Origin: Phoronis australis
Taxonomy: Eukaryota; Animalia; Phoronida
DNA: 64,000 nucleotides
Direction of reading: 5' to 3'
NCBI GenBank assembly: GCA_002633005.1
Contig: NMRA01000254.1
Span: 1-64,000 of the forward strand
Shown here: piece after piece, positions 1-12,400 of the stretch
How positions within the stretch are numbered: the stretch's first letter is position 1
How the letters are laid out: every line of letters starts with the position of its first letter
The notes under the pieces: model-generated
Database searches by the model: none
What the model was told of the DNA's origin: nothing
Seen by the model: only the letters and a program-made list of their open reading frames with translations
Program-made: the position numbers and the translations under genes

Positions 1-329
1 GTGGAATAGTTGGGTGAGTACGACAACAAGCCGGTTTTATGCTTAGGCGGACGACCATTGGGTTCCCGAGTATATAAAACAGTTTAGTCTATCTGAGCTC
101 CGCGTAAACCCGATAGCCGGTGTACTCGAGCACATAATAATACACAATTTTCTTGAGTTCGCACAGACGAAGACAGGGGATTGTCCAAACAATTTCCATT
201 TCCATTTCAAATACAAAGATTAGATCCCCCAACTACCGCCTGTGTCTGTGGAAAGTCTTGCTAAAGTCAACAAAAAGGCATCGGAGACGTTGGCACCATG
301 CTTAGACTCTTTGGTATTTCAATTGCCGG

Positions 330-380
330 TGAGTCGTGTGACGGAAATGACATCACACGTCCGACTAATCAGGAAGTCTT
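330..380 (+). promoter_or_regulatory. Possible proximal promoter motifs upstream of chimaerin exon 1
   Basis: CGGAAAT and AGGAAGT (ETS-like) and TGACATCA (CRE-like) lie within about 130 bp of the putative ATG. These are motif matches only. Confidence 0.2.
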
Positions 381-457
381 GTTATTAATCAAAAGAATGT
401 CATGTTTGGCCCCCGGTGACCCCAATCAAACGCAGGACCAGATCATTACTATTTACT

Positions 458-476
458 ATGGCTAGTCGTAGATCAG
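458..476 (+). CDS. CHN: Chimaerin coding exon 1 (MASRRS+G, phase 1)
   Basis: ATG GCT AGT CGT AGA TCA G followed by a strong donor GTGAGT. Phase 1 joins exon 2 to give V-RVQDEE. The exon is short, so it is less certain than the others. Confidence 0.65.
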
Positions 477-3400
477 GTGAGTTGACAGAATTGCTGAAAA
501 TCGCCTTATCTTTTGAACTTTGCATTGTAAGTTATGTTTGATTTGAACTTGTGTAGAAGTTCAGCCCCCTCTGTCGAGCGTTTTTTGGGATCATGTTCAC
601 CATTCAACGATTTGTTTATAAATGAATCAGCGATTATATCTTTGAGACAGGAGGTTAGTCATCCTTCAACAAGTGAATCAAAAATCACATTCAGTCATTA
701 CTTACAATATCATGACGAGAAATTTCACCTTAGTGTAAGCGACTATAAACTGACCGGTCTCCCGTCACATTGAAACAACTTCAAAATTTTGATTTAGCGG
801 AATAGCCACCACCATTTAGAATATGGTTTTTAGTTGTTCTTTTGTTAGATAGGAGGTGCGCTATGAAAAAAACTCTGATACTGTTAGTGCTTGATACCAG
901 GGTCTTGATGAAGTTGGATTGTCATGGCAGAACATTCATGGTCTACTGAATAACAAACTGGGCACTAGTCAGTTATAATGCCTGGACCCTGATTTAGAGA
1001 ACCAGGCAATCACTGAATAACGGCCGTTATTCAGTCATTGTGGTTCTCTATATCAGGGTCCATTATATCCGATTAGTGCCACAAACTGTCGGTTCTTTGA
1101 GGAGTATGGAACAAGTCGAGACTCGTTTTAAAGCAGTAAGGGTTCTAAATCAAAGCTGTGCTTCTTGGATGGAACGCAGGTGTTTTGTTGCTAGTCGGTG
1201 TTGTTGCCTATGTACTGTATTAACCACTCAACTTGAATACCAGTCGACAGTCATATTGTAAATTGAAAACAATCTAATCATGACATCCATTGGAGTCATC
1301 CCAGAAGTCAAATTCTAGACTTGCCGCACTAGTCCAGTCCTCTGTCAGGCCAGGTCCCTTGGACAACCCACCTTCCAAGGGTGTATGATCTCTTCATGGG
1401 TCAGTGGCCAGTGTTGAGGTAATCACCAAGATCTAGCTGCGTTTTGAACCTTGATCTCTGGCGTAGGAGTTTAGTGTCTTAACCAGTCACCCAGAGACCT
1501 TTATAATTTTGGTGAATCTGCAGTGTCATCATATAAAGGCCTCTCTTAATCACTTACCTGCAAGCCGACTGGTTTAGGCGGCTTTGAGACAAGAGGTATA
1601 GTGTTTCAAACTTGGAACAAGATGATTTTTCTTAATATTATTGCTCACGAAAGTCTTATTATTTGTTAAGGGGCTCCCAATTTTTTGCAACTGTGTAGAT
1701 CATCTAATCATACTTGAAAATGTGTGCTTAATCTTCTTACTGTGAAAAAGTTTTAGAAACTTGTTACGTACAGGAATCCAGGTCAAAGTGGCTCATGTGT
1801 CTAATTTCAAAATGACAATTTTTTGGGAGATACCTCTCTTTGACAACCCTTTTTTTAAAAATTGTATAACATGATAATTTGTGATCCTGATAGAAAGGAG
1901 CTTTGATGATGGCATCAACTGCAACTCATTTCCCGAATTTGAAATTATATGCATCCTTTCACATTTAGGTGCCTCAGTCTTTGAGGGAATCCACTGATGT
2001 TATCACCAGCCACCCTTTTCCTGCTTTTATAAATTATATCCTTTCTTTTTAAGGGTCCAGTCATGGAACCTTTTATAGTTTTGCACTCCTAAGTGAACCT
2101 TTTTATAGAGAAGTAAATCAGAATGGCACCTTTTCGTCTGAAGTTTCGTCAGAAACGGCACTCTTTCTTAAGGAAACTGGTCATTAAAATGACACCCGTC
2201 TGCGCGGCATGTCCAGTAGACCTCTTCCACTAAGAGTACCCTGGGACTGAATTATCCTTAGCAGCACTGCATAACCATGCAGAAAGATTAGTAAACTCAA
2301 AACATTTATTGTCGCAAATACATAATTCAATCAGTGCTTTCCTGTGTTCTAGAATGTCACAAATTTATATGCTTCTCCAGTGTTAGATATCAAACTCTGT
2401 AATGCTAAATTACTTGTTAAAAGATATGTAAGAGTAGTGTTACAAACTCAGTCCTGCAACTGATGCCTTGATGTTGGCTGGCCATAGTCTTCCCTCCTCA
2501 GCATCAAGCGCCATGGTATTCGTTTTTAACGAAAATTGGTGCTTAATGCATTTTGAAAATTCGCCATTATGTACAATCAGAGATGTTTAATACAGTTTAT
2601 GGTCGGGTAATTACACTTAATTGGGTCTTGCTCGCATTGCTCAATGCAGTCATCACAACTGTACCTGACTCCGGCACCGTGTTCTCTTTGATCCTGGTAC
2701 AAGCCGCTCAGAAGGACGAGAGGTGAAAATTCCCGCACATCTTTAGAAAGGCAAGACTTCCTTGTAAGCGTATCATTCACAGTATGTGACAGATCAAGTA
2801 ACGCCAATCCAGAACCAATGACTTCAGGATTTCAAGAAAGAAGTTCCAGTAGAGCAATTCAATGCTTGTACACAAACGTTGGCTCGTCAGAATATATGGA
2901 AACAGATTCTTCAGATATCCCAACTGATCACATAACTATACATGTATACACTAGGACATGCAATGCACAGGCAGTGTCTTCCGATTCTGAACCTTAGATT
3001 ATAGTGGAATACAATGACGAGAGTTCACTTCTGGCTTCCGACATACTGCCACTGGTATATTCAAACAGGACTGAATCAGAGTACAGGTCTTCAGAATTTG
3101 CAGTGACAGAATGGTTTGTCAGAAGAACCAATGGCCACTGATATACTAGATGACTTGTAGTGCAGGCGATTTGTGGAATTGCTGAATTAATCACGGAGAA
3201 TTATTTTCGACACAGCACATTTTTTACGGAGAATGACCCTTCAGTTCAGGCGAACCTGATGTTTTTCACCCAAATAAGTTATTATTTGTTTAACAATCTT
3301 GAAATTGGTAGTCATATCAATCGGAACCAGACAAAAATAATTTTATTGGACATGTTGATCTATGAAACTCAGAATATGAAATCTGTGAAGATGACGTGTC

Positions 3401-6400
3401 TCTGGAATCTGAAGTTCTTATACGAAGCAACTATTTGGTGGCCATATTAGAAAATGGTGGAAGTAATCTTTAGAGTCAAATGCAATGAGTCTCAATGGAT
3501 CCAGAAATCCTACGATGCAATGTTTGTATCAAGACGATACACTAATCTGTTCATGCGAAGTTGTGCGACTCGAAATAGTTTTGGCGGCCATCTTGGAAAA
3601 TGGCAGATGGTGTCACCGCAGCCATACCAAACTACTTCCAATGGATTTGTTGACCCACAGAAGATACGTAAACCTTTTTGAATTTTTACATTCCAGTCTC
3701 GAGTTCAAAGGGTCATATGCAAATCTGGCGGCCATTTTGTCCACCATCTTGAAAAACCAACTTCCGCCACCCCGATTCCGGTAGACTTTTTTCTCACACT
3801 AAAGGGTATGAGAGGATACGATTTATACAATAAAGGCTTCTGTTGCAATTATTTCCGGGTTATCTGTGGAATGACTGGACTAGGTGTATAGTATATTAAA
3901 TTGAGAACTAAAAGTTTTCTATAAGTGGATCATTTTGTGTATTGTTTTTGCATAAATTAAAAGTGCATTTTACCCTGTTTAGCTGGCTGAAAACGAAAAT
4001 TGAATTAGGCCTTTTTCTGTTTTAAAATAGGTCTCGCAAGATGGGATTCTGTTTCCTTACCAACAAGAACATCAAAACAATTAGCGACCCACGGAAATAC
4101 TTTAGAGTTTTTTTGGACCCTAAAATTGTAGAATTCGGAAATGCCGCATGTGTGCATTGCCTGTGACTTGAGTAGACAATAGTGTTAACATTTTTAAACT
4201 CCAATGAAAGCACTTTGGTTAAGAATTGAACATTGACTGCCTAAACTGCTCAAAATGCTGCTTATGGCCAGTCTTCTAGGAGTACTACATAGTTGCTTTG
4301 TTGCAGATTCAGCCTAAATTTATTTATCTTCCTTGTTTAGAGTCACTGTCTTCGTCTCCTCTTATACAAGTCATTAAGATCTCAAATTCGTGTCTAAAGT
4401 CTAACTGGGTAATCACTGATTTATAAGGACTCAACATTTGATGGCACGGGATTTTTTTCATTTTTATGCGTCCACTTATACCTAACATATGAGTGCATTG
4501 CCATCATCTTGTGCAGGCATCGGGCGTGCTCTGCTGATGACAGAAAACGGCGAGTTTCGGACCGATACAATTAACGCTGTACCCCCTAATTTTAGATTTT
4601 TACTTTTGCCTCTGTGTCTTTGGAGTTCCCAGGGTTCCTGGATGGATTTTCAGGTTTTGGAGATGATGACACCTTCCCATTTGCAAACGGATTTGACATA
4701 TGTTGCGCCTCCCAGGAGTGATTTCTATTAATTTTGAGTCTGTTATTGGCGTCCTAAAATTAATAAATGTGTTCCGGCCAGACGATGATTTTCGAACTTG
4801 CCCTAGAAATGTGGTGTGTGCTAGTGACAATTTGGTTTTTTGCGCCCGGAGCTGTATCATCTTTACACCTTGCGGGTCATTGTGAAATTTGACAAGTGTT
4901 CCTGTGAATGCGGCAATGGATGACCGTGTCTTCCAGACAAATTCAACTACTGCAGTATTACATAGTGGTAATTGTAGTTTTTCATTTTACCTCTGTTTCT
5001 CCAGTGTTCATCGACAGATTTTCATGGAATTTGGCAAATAGTTTTCTATTGTGGAGATGTGAGTTCACTGGTTTCAAAGTAATCTGGAAGAACATTATTT
5101 GCAAGTCTTTTGGAAATTGGTAAATTTTAGAGCAAAAATGTTAATTTTATTATTTAACAGTTTTCATTTTCCATTTTACTGGACCGTTTCCTTGCACACT
5201 GTTACTGTTAAAGGTTGTTGACTTCTGTTTAATATCAACATCTTAGTCTTTCTCTGTGTTTGTGTATGATTTCCACTTTACTTTTACAAAACAAGACCAC
5301 TCTCATGGAAAGTTTCAGTAGACAGTACATTAACTGCACACTGTAGATTATTCCGAAGAGCTGGTGACCACAACGATTTTGACTGGTCAGTGTGTTTGTT
5401 GCAGAATAGTTAAGCATACTGTTGCTCAGTGCAAGTATGATGGATCAGTCATTCTAACTGAGCTAATCATTCTGATGGCGGAGTTTATTGACTGATATTC
5501 TCAATGGCTTAACTAAAAGGTCATGGAAAATGTGCACTTAACAATCATAACATTTGTGATTGACTCAATTTTTAATGTTAGCTCTACACTTCCAGAGTAT
5601 GGACCCACCATCCAAATTATTGGGGTGGGTTTAACTCTTGTTTTCAACTCTCCTATGATTCAATGAGAATGCTTACGGACTCATGGCTGAATTTACATTG
5701 GCTACCTGGATAGTGAAATTTTACAGCTTCCAGTACATACTAATTCACTGTTTTAATTGCCACGTGAAATTGGTTGTAATTTTTCCATTTTTTAAACTTT
5801 ACGAGTATGATTGAGAACTTATACGCCATCTAAATGGTGGCCAGTGAAATGATTGGTTGGTGAGTTTACAATGTTGCGTTATGGGATTGAATTCATAAAT
5901 TATGGGATGGATTCACTTTTTTGGTTCCAAAAGCAGATTTTTTTTGCTGCCAGGGCAAGCTTGTGTTTTGGGGTCTATAGAACTTAAACCTGGTTGCTAA
6001 CAATGGGGCACCGGAAAAGCTCCATTGTCACTTCTAACAAAACATATCAACACTAAAGTTTCTTCTATTAAGAACACAGTATGATTGAACGTTGAATTTT
6101 ATATTTACAAAATTTCTGCAAAAAATAATTGCAAAGAAGTTTTATTTCCTGTTATTCTTCCACACGTTTTTGGGTGCTTTAAATGCAGTCATGCATCTGA
6201 CATGGGGCGTCCACTGCTGTATTTCCAAAACTCCTTTATGGATGTTTGTGAAATTTTGCAGACGTGTCTCTATTGTGGATTGGATAGCACGAGTCAATTT
6301 TGGGACGGTTCCTACGACTGGTGTGCCCCCTAGTGACAATTTTATATTTTTAGGTTTGCCTCTGTATCATTGGGATTTCTTGACGGATTTTTGAATCGAA

Positions 6401-9400
6401 TTCCTCCCAAAAAGAATAAAATCATATTCCTAAAAATGAGTTTCATCCCACCCCTACTTTAAACACTCCATCTTGCTTTTGTTTGCGTAAGTCAATCGTT
6501 TTTTGAGATCTGGAAGGGATCGTCCAGTAATCTCTTGTTAGGTGTGTAAAGCCAATGTTAATAAACTTCAACTTGTTTAAAAGTAATTTGTTAAGATTGT
6601 TGTTTTCTATTTTTCAAAGTTAAACCACAACACTAGCTGCATGTGTATGAATGATTACTTGGGCCCAGACCTCAGATCAAATCTCTGAACTGGGGATCAT
6701 CTCAAATTCAGAGTAAAAACTTGCATATAGCTAATCATATGCTGCATGATTCAAGTCCAAATTAAAAAGCTTATTCTAAGCATGTCATGCAGTTGGCCCA
6801 GAAATTGATTAGCGACACCTATATGCTAAAAACCACAAGAGCTAACTTTTGAGAAATTTTAGGGATTGAAATTCCTGTTTTCAGCCATAATGTGTTCCAG
6901 GCTGGAGAATGTTTATGGCAAATTCTGTTCAGGTTTATGTTTTGTTGTTTACAAGTGTGTAAACCAATCCTACCATATAGGCTTGGTAGCAGTAATCATT
7001 TTCCTTTCCTTTGGGGAACCCAGGTATGTGTGTCTTAGCTATCAGATGACCTAGTTTTGAAGTAAGATATATGAGAAGTTTACCTTTACCATCGTTCATT
7101 TCCCTGTGTCATTTGCCTTGAACTAACAGCATGTACCAAGGGATAATCCGTGGTGATCAACAGCCATATTATCTGTCTTTAGAATCGCATAAGGTGGGAG
7201 AGCCTTCATATTGCGTCTTGGATGTTCAGTCTGTGAGGCCACCGCCTCGACCAGGTTTGCAAAATTTGTTGCTTCGGCTGCCCTGCTTAATGGTTGCCTT
7301 TCATGCTGTGTGCTTTTTGTGCTTTTGAAACAAGGCGGGCATGAAACCGTTTCACTTGCTTTTTTGAGACGGTGTTAGTTATATGCTAATTTTTCTTTTG
7401 AAAAACTGAGATGAGAATTGAGAAATGCCGAGTGACATTGAAAGTATCTGATTCACCAAACTTGAGACAAAATTTTGTAGAATGAGTCTGCTTTGGACTT
7501 TGGACTTATCCATAACTGTTTGCTTTAGTTGATCAATTGGTAAATGAAGAATTAGTGTAATTGTAACCTTTTAGTTTAAGTTAAATTTACATTAAGAATG
7601 TTTTGTTTTAGTGGAATTTTGTTTGATGTTGTAAACTGGCTTGGATGCATGTCACTTAACCTATTCTGTTTGCATGTTTCACTGAGTTACAAGAAGTTTT
7701 CAATAAAATTCTAAAATAATTTAATTCTGGAAGCAATTGCTTTGTACTTGCAAGGTTCGTTTTGGTGACGGCTATTTCTGAAGCCAGGGTAGTGTTTACA
7801 CGAATCATAAAGTTTTTTACGAGAAAAGTGAGACACGCAAAACAACAAAAATTCTCGGGTGCTAACATATATTGTCCAGGCATGTAGGTGGACCTGAGGT
7901 GGTTCAGTAGGTGGATCTCGCTAAGAAAACTCAGTGAAGTGTTTTATTGTGTAGCAGTCAGTCACACTCAGTCATACTGTGCTGAGTTTACCCCGTCATG
8001 GCAAAGGTACACCAGACACACTGCATTTGCAGCTGACACGTCCCATAGACTACATACACTTTTCGTTCCCCACCGAAGTAAATCTTCCTCTACACCTATG
8101 ATAACCTTGTATTAATTAGAACAAATGATAGAATGATGTTCTGCACAGCATCAGCACACTAAGTAACTTATGCATATGCGGCATTGTGGGTAAATGGCAG
8201 AGAATCAGTCCGTCTTGAAATAGCTCAGCACCATCCTTATTCTATGGTACGGTTACCCCACAATGCAACACAAGCGCTTGTCGCACTTCTTCTCATGCAT
8301 ATTTACTAGTGACAGCCTCGTTATATCCTATTTGTTATGTAATTCATCACAATAATGAAGGCAGAGTTATGTTGTTGCATTTTGAGATGTAATTCTGACC
8401 CCATCTTGAAGAAATTTGCAGCAAGAACAAATTATACCAGCGCTGGATGCACCATCATAATAAGTTGCTCCTCTGTCGTGTAAACTCCACCGGGCCTGAC
8501 ATTTTGAAAAGTAGGTCAGTTGTGCAATGGATTTTTCTACCTCTATGAGAGAGTAGAATCCAATTCAGGACGGAGGTATTCAGCTGTTGCTGTATTTTGT
8601 GATGTCCTCTTCTCGTTCTTGGTCCTAACTTCTCGTTCTCCGTCCCCTCTTCTTGTTCTTCGTCCCCACTTCTGTTTTCAGGAACATGAAAATATCACAT
8701 GAAACTGCCATTGTTGTTGGTGTTTATTGTGGCTAGTAACCTCTTTGTATTCCTTATTCTCTCCGCCCTTTATCCAAACAACATCTAAAACCACTCCATT
8801 GTGTTCTTTTCCAATGCATGCCAAAGGTGAAACTCATCACCCATTTTCTAACTATGATGTTGGATGTTATTTTTCAAATATCATGTAGATTAAAAGATTC
8901 ATGTTTAGAGAACTCATTTCTCTAAGCAAATAAAAAGCTGATAAGTCTGTGTATACATCCTAATTACATTCTTGTTAAATGGATGTCAGTGTATGTTTGG
9001 TTTTGCGACATACCTAAAGAGGGCGGTGACTACTTTCTGTTCATGACGTATTTTGTACATTGTTGCATTCATGTGCTTATCCTGTTCGTGCAAATGTAAA
9101 ATGAAATGCATTTCACTTTTTTATAGCTTTGNAGTCTTACACTGAGATAATTGTGCCTGGAAGGTGATGTTGTCGAGACATAGATCATTGTCTGGAGACT
9201 CTTACCGCCGTCGTAACCGGGTTTTGTTCTATGTTTCAGTTCGCGTCCAAGATGAGGAACCACAACAGCCCGTATGGAAGACTTATTGTAAGTATTGCGC
9301 GAGATTTGTTTGTTTTGAATTCCGAATGAGTTAATTGGAGAACTTATGCAAAGTCTTACCAATTTAGGATGTAATTTAGTGGACACTGAAATTTATTTTC

Positions 9401-12400
9401 TCATTTTTTCTATACACAGCACCATTTTAATGCTGTACCATACACAAGTTCTGCAACACAGCAACTACCAGACAATATTTTGAAAAGGTAGACATTCAGA
9501 GAACGTAAAAATCCCTGGAGAATTACAAAGCATAATTTTGGCTACTATTTTATCGTAATTAGTGAGATTTTACTGTAGGAAGTTCTTCCATGGTTGTTTG
9601 GTATCCCCCTGATTTACATGTTGAGATGATGACAATTCCCAAGGTGGCACTCTCTTGTGTGGGTTATAAAGATCTTCTCAAATGGAGTTTAGTATTCAGG
9701 ATGTGTTGCACTAGACAGAATGTCACAGATTTAACAACACAAGATGTTGCGTTTTTTAAAACATAGTGCCTTGTATTTAAAAACACTCAACTGCGGGCAT
9801 GTCAAATGAAAACGTTAAGTAGCCTGTCCGTGCCATATTGCATCAGCGCTACAACATGTAAAGAACGACCGATTGTAGTAGTTTTGAACTTTCATCTGTA
9901 ACCAAGGATGAAGTATGTATCTGCCTTTCTGCCTTTTATGGTGTTGTTCGTAGCTGTTTGACTTATCTGAGCATTCTCCCATTGACTTTAACAAAAGTCG
10001 GCAATTACATTTGGCAACTTATGACTTTGGTATGATCTGCGCGATGCTTTTAGTGTATTGTAAGAACTTAATTTACATGTGGTACCATTTAAGGTAAGAT
10101 TTCCGATACTATTTAACAGCTAAGTTTCTTACATAATGTAGTTTGGTGTCACCTAGTTGTTCACCTCGTGTTTTTGTTGTAAATATACCTGAAAATGTCA
10201 TTCGGAAATACTGACGAGTGACCTGTTGATTTTCTGTCTCATGTTTCTCAATTTGGCATGTCTTATGACTGATAACTATGTCAGATAAGTGGCGATATGG
10301 TTGCACATTTGCCCAAATTTGATCAAGAAATTAAAAGGCCTTCTGTCCTGTTGTGACGGTAAACTGTTGCAATTTAGATTTTCTAATAGTGCTTCTTTCA
10401 ACCATATAGATGGGTTCTGGGGGTTCTGGTTAGCTTATCATTCCTTGCCCTGATTTCTAACTGTATCATATTCCAAGAAAGCTCAACCTTGGATTGATTA
10501 GACAAGCTAGCTTGTTACCTAATTGTTTTCAGTTTTTAGTGTGAGAACAGTTCCCACTTTGACCTCATTGATGGTATGGTTTCAGTTTCATTTTCTGAAC
10601 ATGTGACGTTGGAGGTCAAAAAGCCCATGTTAAGTCCTCACAAACATATGATCTTGTTGTTAGATGTGGTGAACTTCCTGGTACATAGAGTTTTGGCCAA
10701 TGACTCTTACTCACTAGAACTTGAGCTTGTGTTGTGGCACCAGTTGGGAAGGGATCATGAAATTCACCTGGTCACGATTCTTGACCAAGTGCAATTTTAA
10801 TTTTTTAAAAGACATAACTTCTTTTTTCCAACCTAAGAAGAAAAATCCAATTTCTATGATACTTGATTGTTCACAAATAGTCTGGTTGTTGTATAACAGA
10901 CGTAACGCCCTGCAGGTAAAGTTTGGAAATGCTTGCTGAGACTTTGGCCAACAATAGTCGCACATGTGCGACTTGGGCATTTTAACTCCTGCAAGCCGAG
11001 TCGCATTGCCCAAAAATGCCCCTTGAGTGACTTACACAGTCACACAATTCATGACATAAGTCATTTCCGATATTGTGGCAGCATAATGAAATACGCCTTG
11101 TCGCTAGTTGGCGGACAGCGCTGTTCTCTTATCACATTCATGTAATGTAGTGAGAAGTCCAACTCTTCATTAATGCTTTGCTACTATGGCAACGGCAAAT
11201 TGCCACTCTTGTGTGGTGAAGTGTTCAAATGATGTGCGCAAAAATGTCCAACGTCTCTGAAATGTTTGTGAATGAATAAATTGTGTTTCGTCACAGTCAA
11301 CTAGGCCTGTCTTGGTCAACAAAATGAGAAACTGGGTCAAGGGAAAGACAGTTGGTGCTCTCAAAATGCTTCAGTGTTGTGTGTGGAATGTTACCTAGTG
11401 GAGTATTGTTAGGATTGTGGCCACATTTACACAATGGGGCGTCGTGTTCTCATCAGGAAATTTTTTGCTTCATTCATGGTGAATTTGCTCTTGACTCAGG
11501 TCTGTAATGAATATTCACCTTTAGTTCTTGAGTTTCAAAGTTTGCCTTTTTAAAGTCCAAGAACCACACGTTGTTAACCTTCGTTACATAGTTAGAAGAT
11601 GTTATAAGGATCAAGAAGTACCTACCCCATATATCTAATACTCAATCCGTAATCGAATAAAGTTTAAATAAACGCACCACTCACGATTCGGACCCGAAGA
11701 ATACACGGCCATTTTGAACTTACCGCAAACCCGGAAGTACAATTCATTCAGGAACCCAGGCTTAGTATACGTCGTCTGTGTGACTGGAGCAGTGTCTGTT
11801 ACCAGCCTGCAAGCGGGGATAAAATAATTGACAGCGTGCCTTAAAGACATAGTTTCACACCAAAACAACTGCTTTTCAACTCAAAGAATAGCATTGCAGG
11901 AGCCCGTTACTTGGACTAGTTACTGTCCGCAGAGCTTGATTAATTAGATAAGCCCAGCAGTAATGACCTTCTCGGACTTCAGCTGAAAACAGACCAGGCG
12001 GTTACATAAGCGTCTGTGATGTAGAGTCCGGAAGACAACTGTGTTGTAGGAATGAACTCGGCTGGTAAACCACAGTCACACGAGGCAGAAACCAACATGG
12101 ATTACGAAAGCTTTAGCGACGAGTCTTCCAACGACGAGGAAATTTTAGAAAATCTTTTGTAACTCTGAAGCGTCGGACACAGACAATATGCACAACGACC
12201 ATCGTGAGCGTGTTCTTGACAACATAAACGGGCCCTGCAGGTTCGAACCAGTGCCTGCAAGTGTCCCGGTCGCTTTGGATGAGAGACAGCAGCGCATCCC
12301 GAAGACAATGACCGCACAACTTCAGACGTTTTATCATGTTAGGTGGAAAACAAAAACAATGCCGCGAGTTTGAATGCGAATATGTTTATTTTCGATTTAT

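Noticed and set aside
1330-3882. A single 2.55-kb element bounded by TAGTCCAGTC inverted termini
   Set aside because: The flanks (CAC vs GGT) give no target-site duplication, and the match is only 10-11 bp.
9132-9132. Single ambiguous base (n)
   Set aside because: This is an assembly ambiguity about 100 bp upstream of exon 2 and does not affect the gene model.
10550-11500. Cluster of overlapping short ORFs suggesting a nested gene in chimaerin intron 2
   Set aside because: There is no recognisable domain or consistent splice pattern. It is probably old repeat debris.
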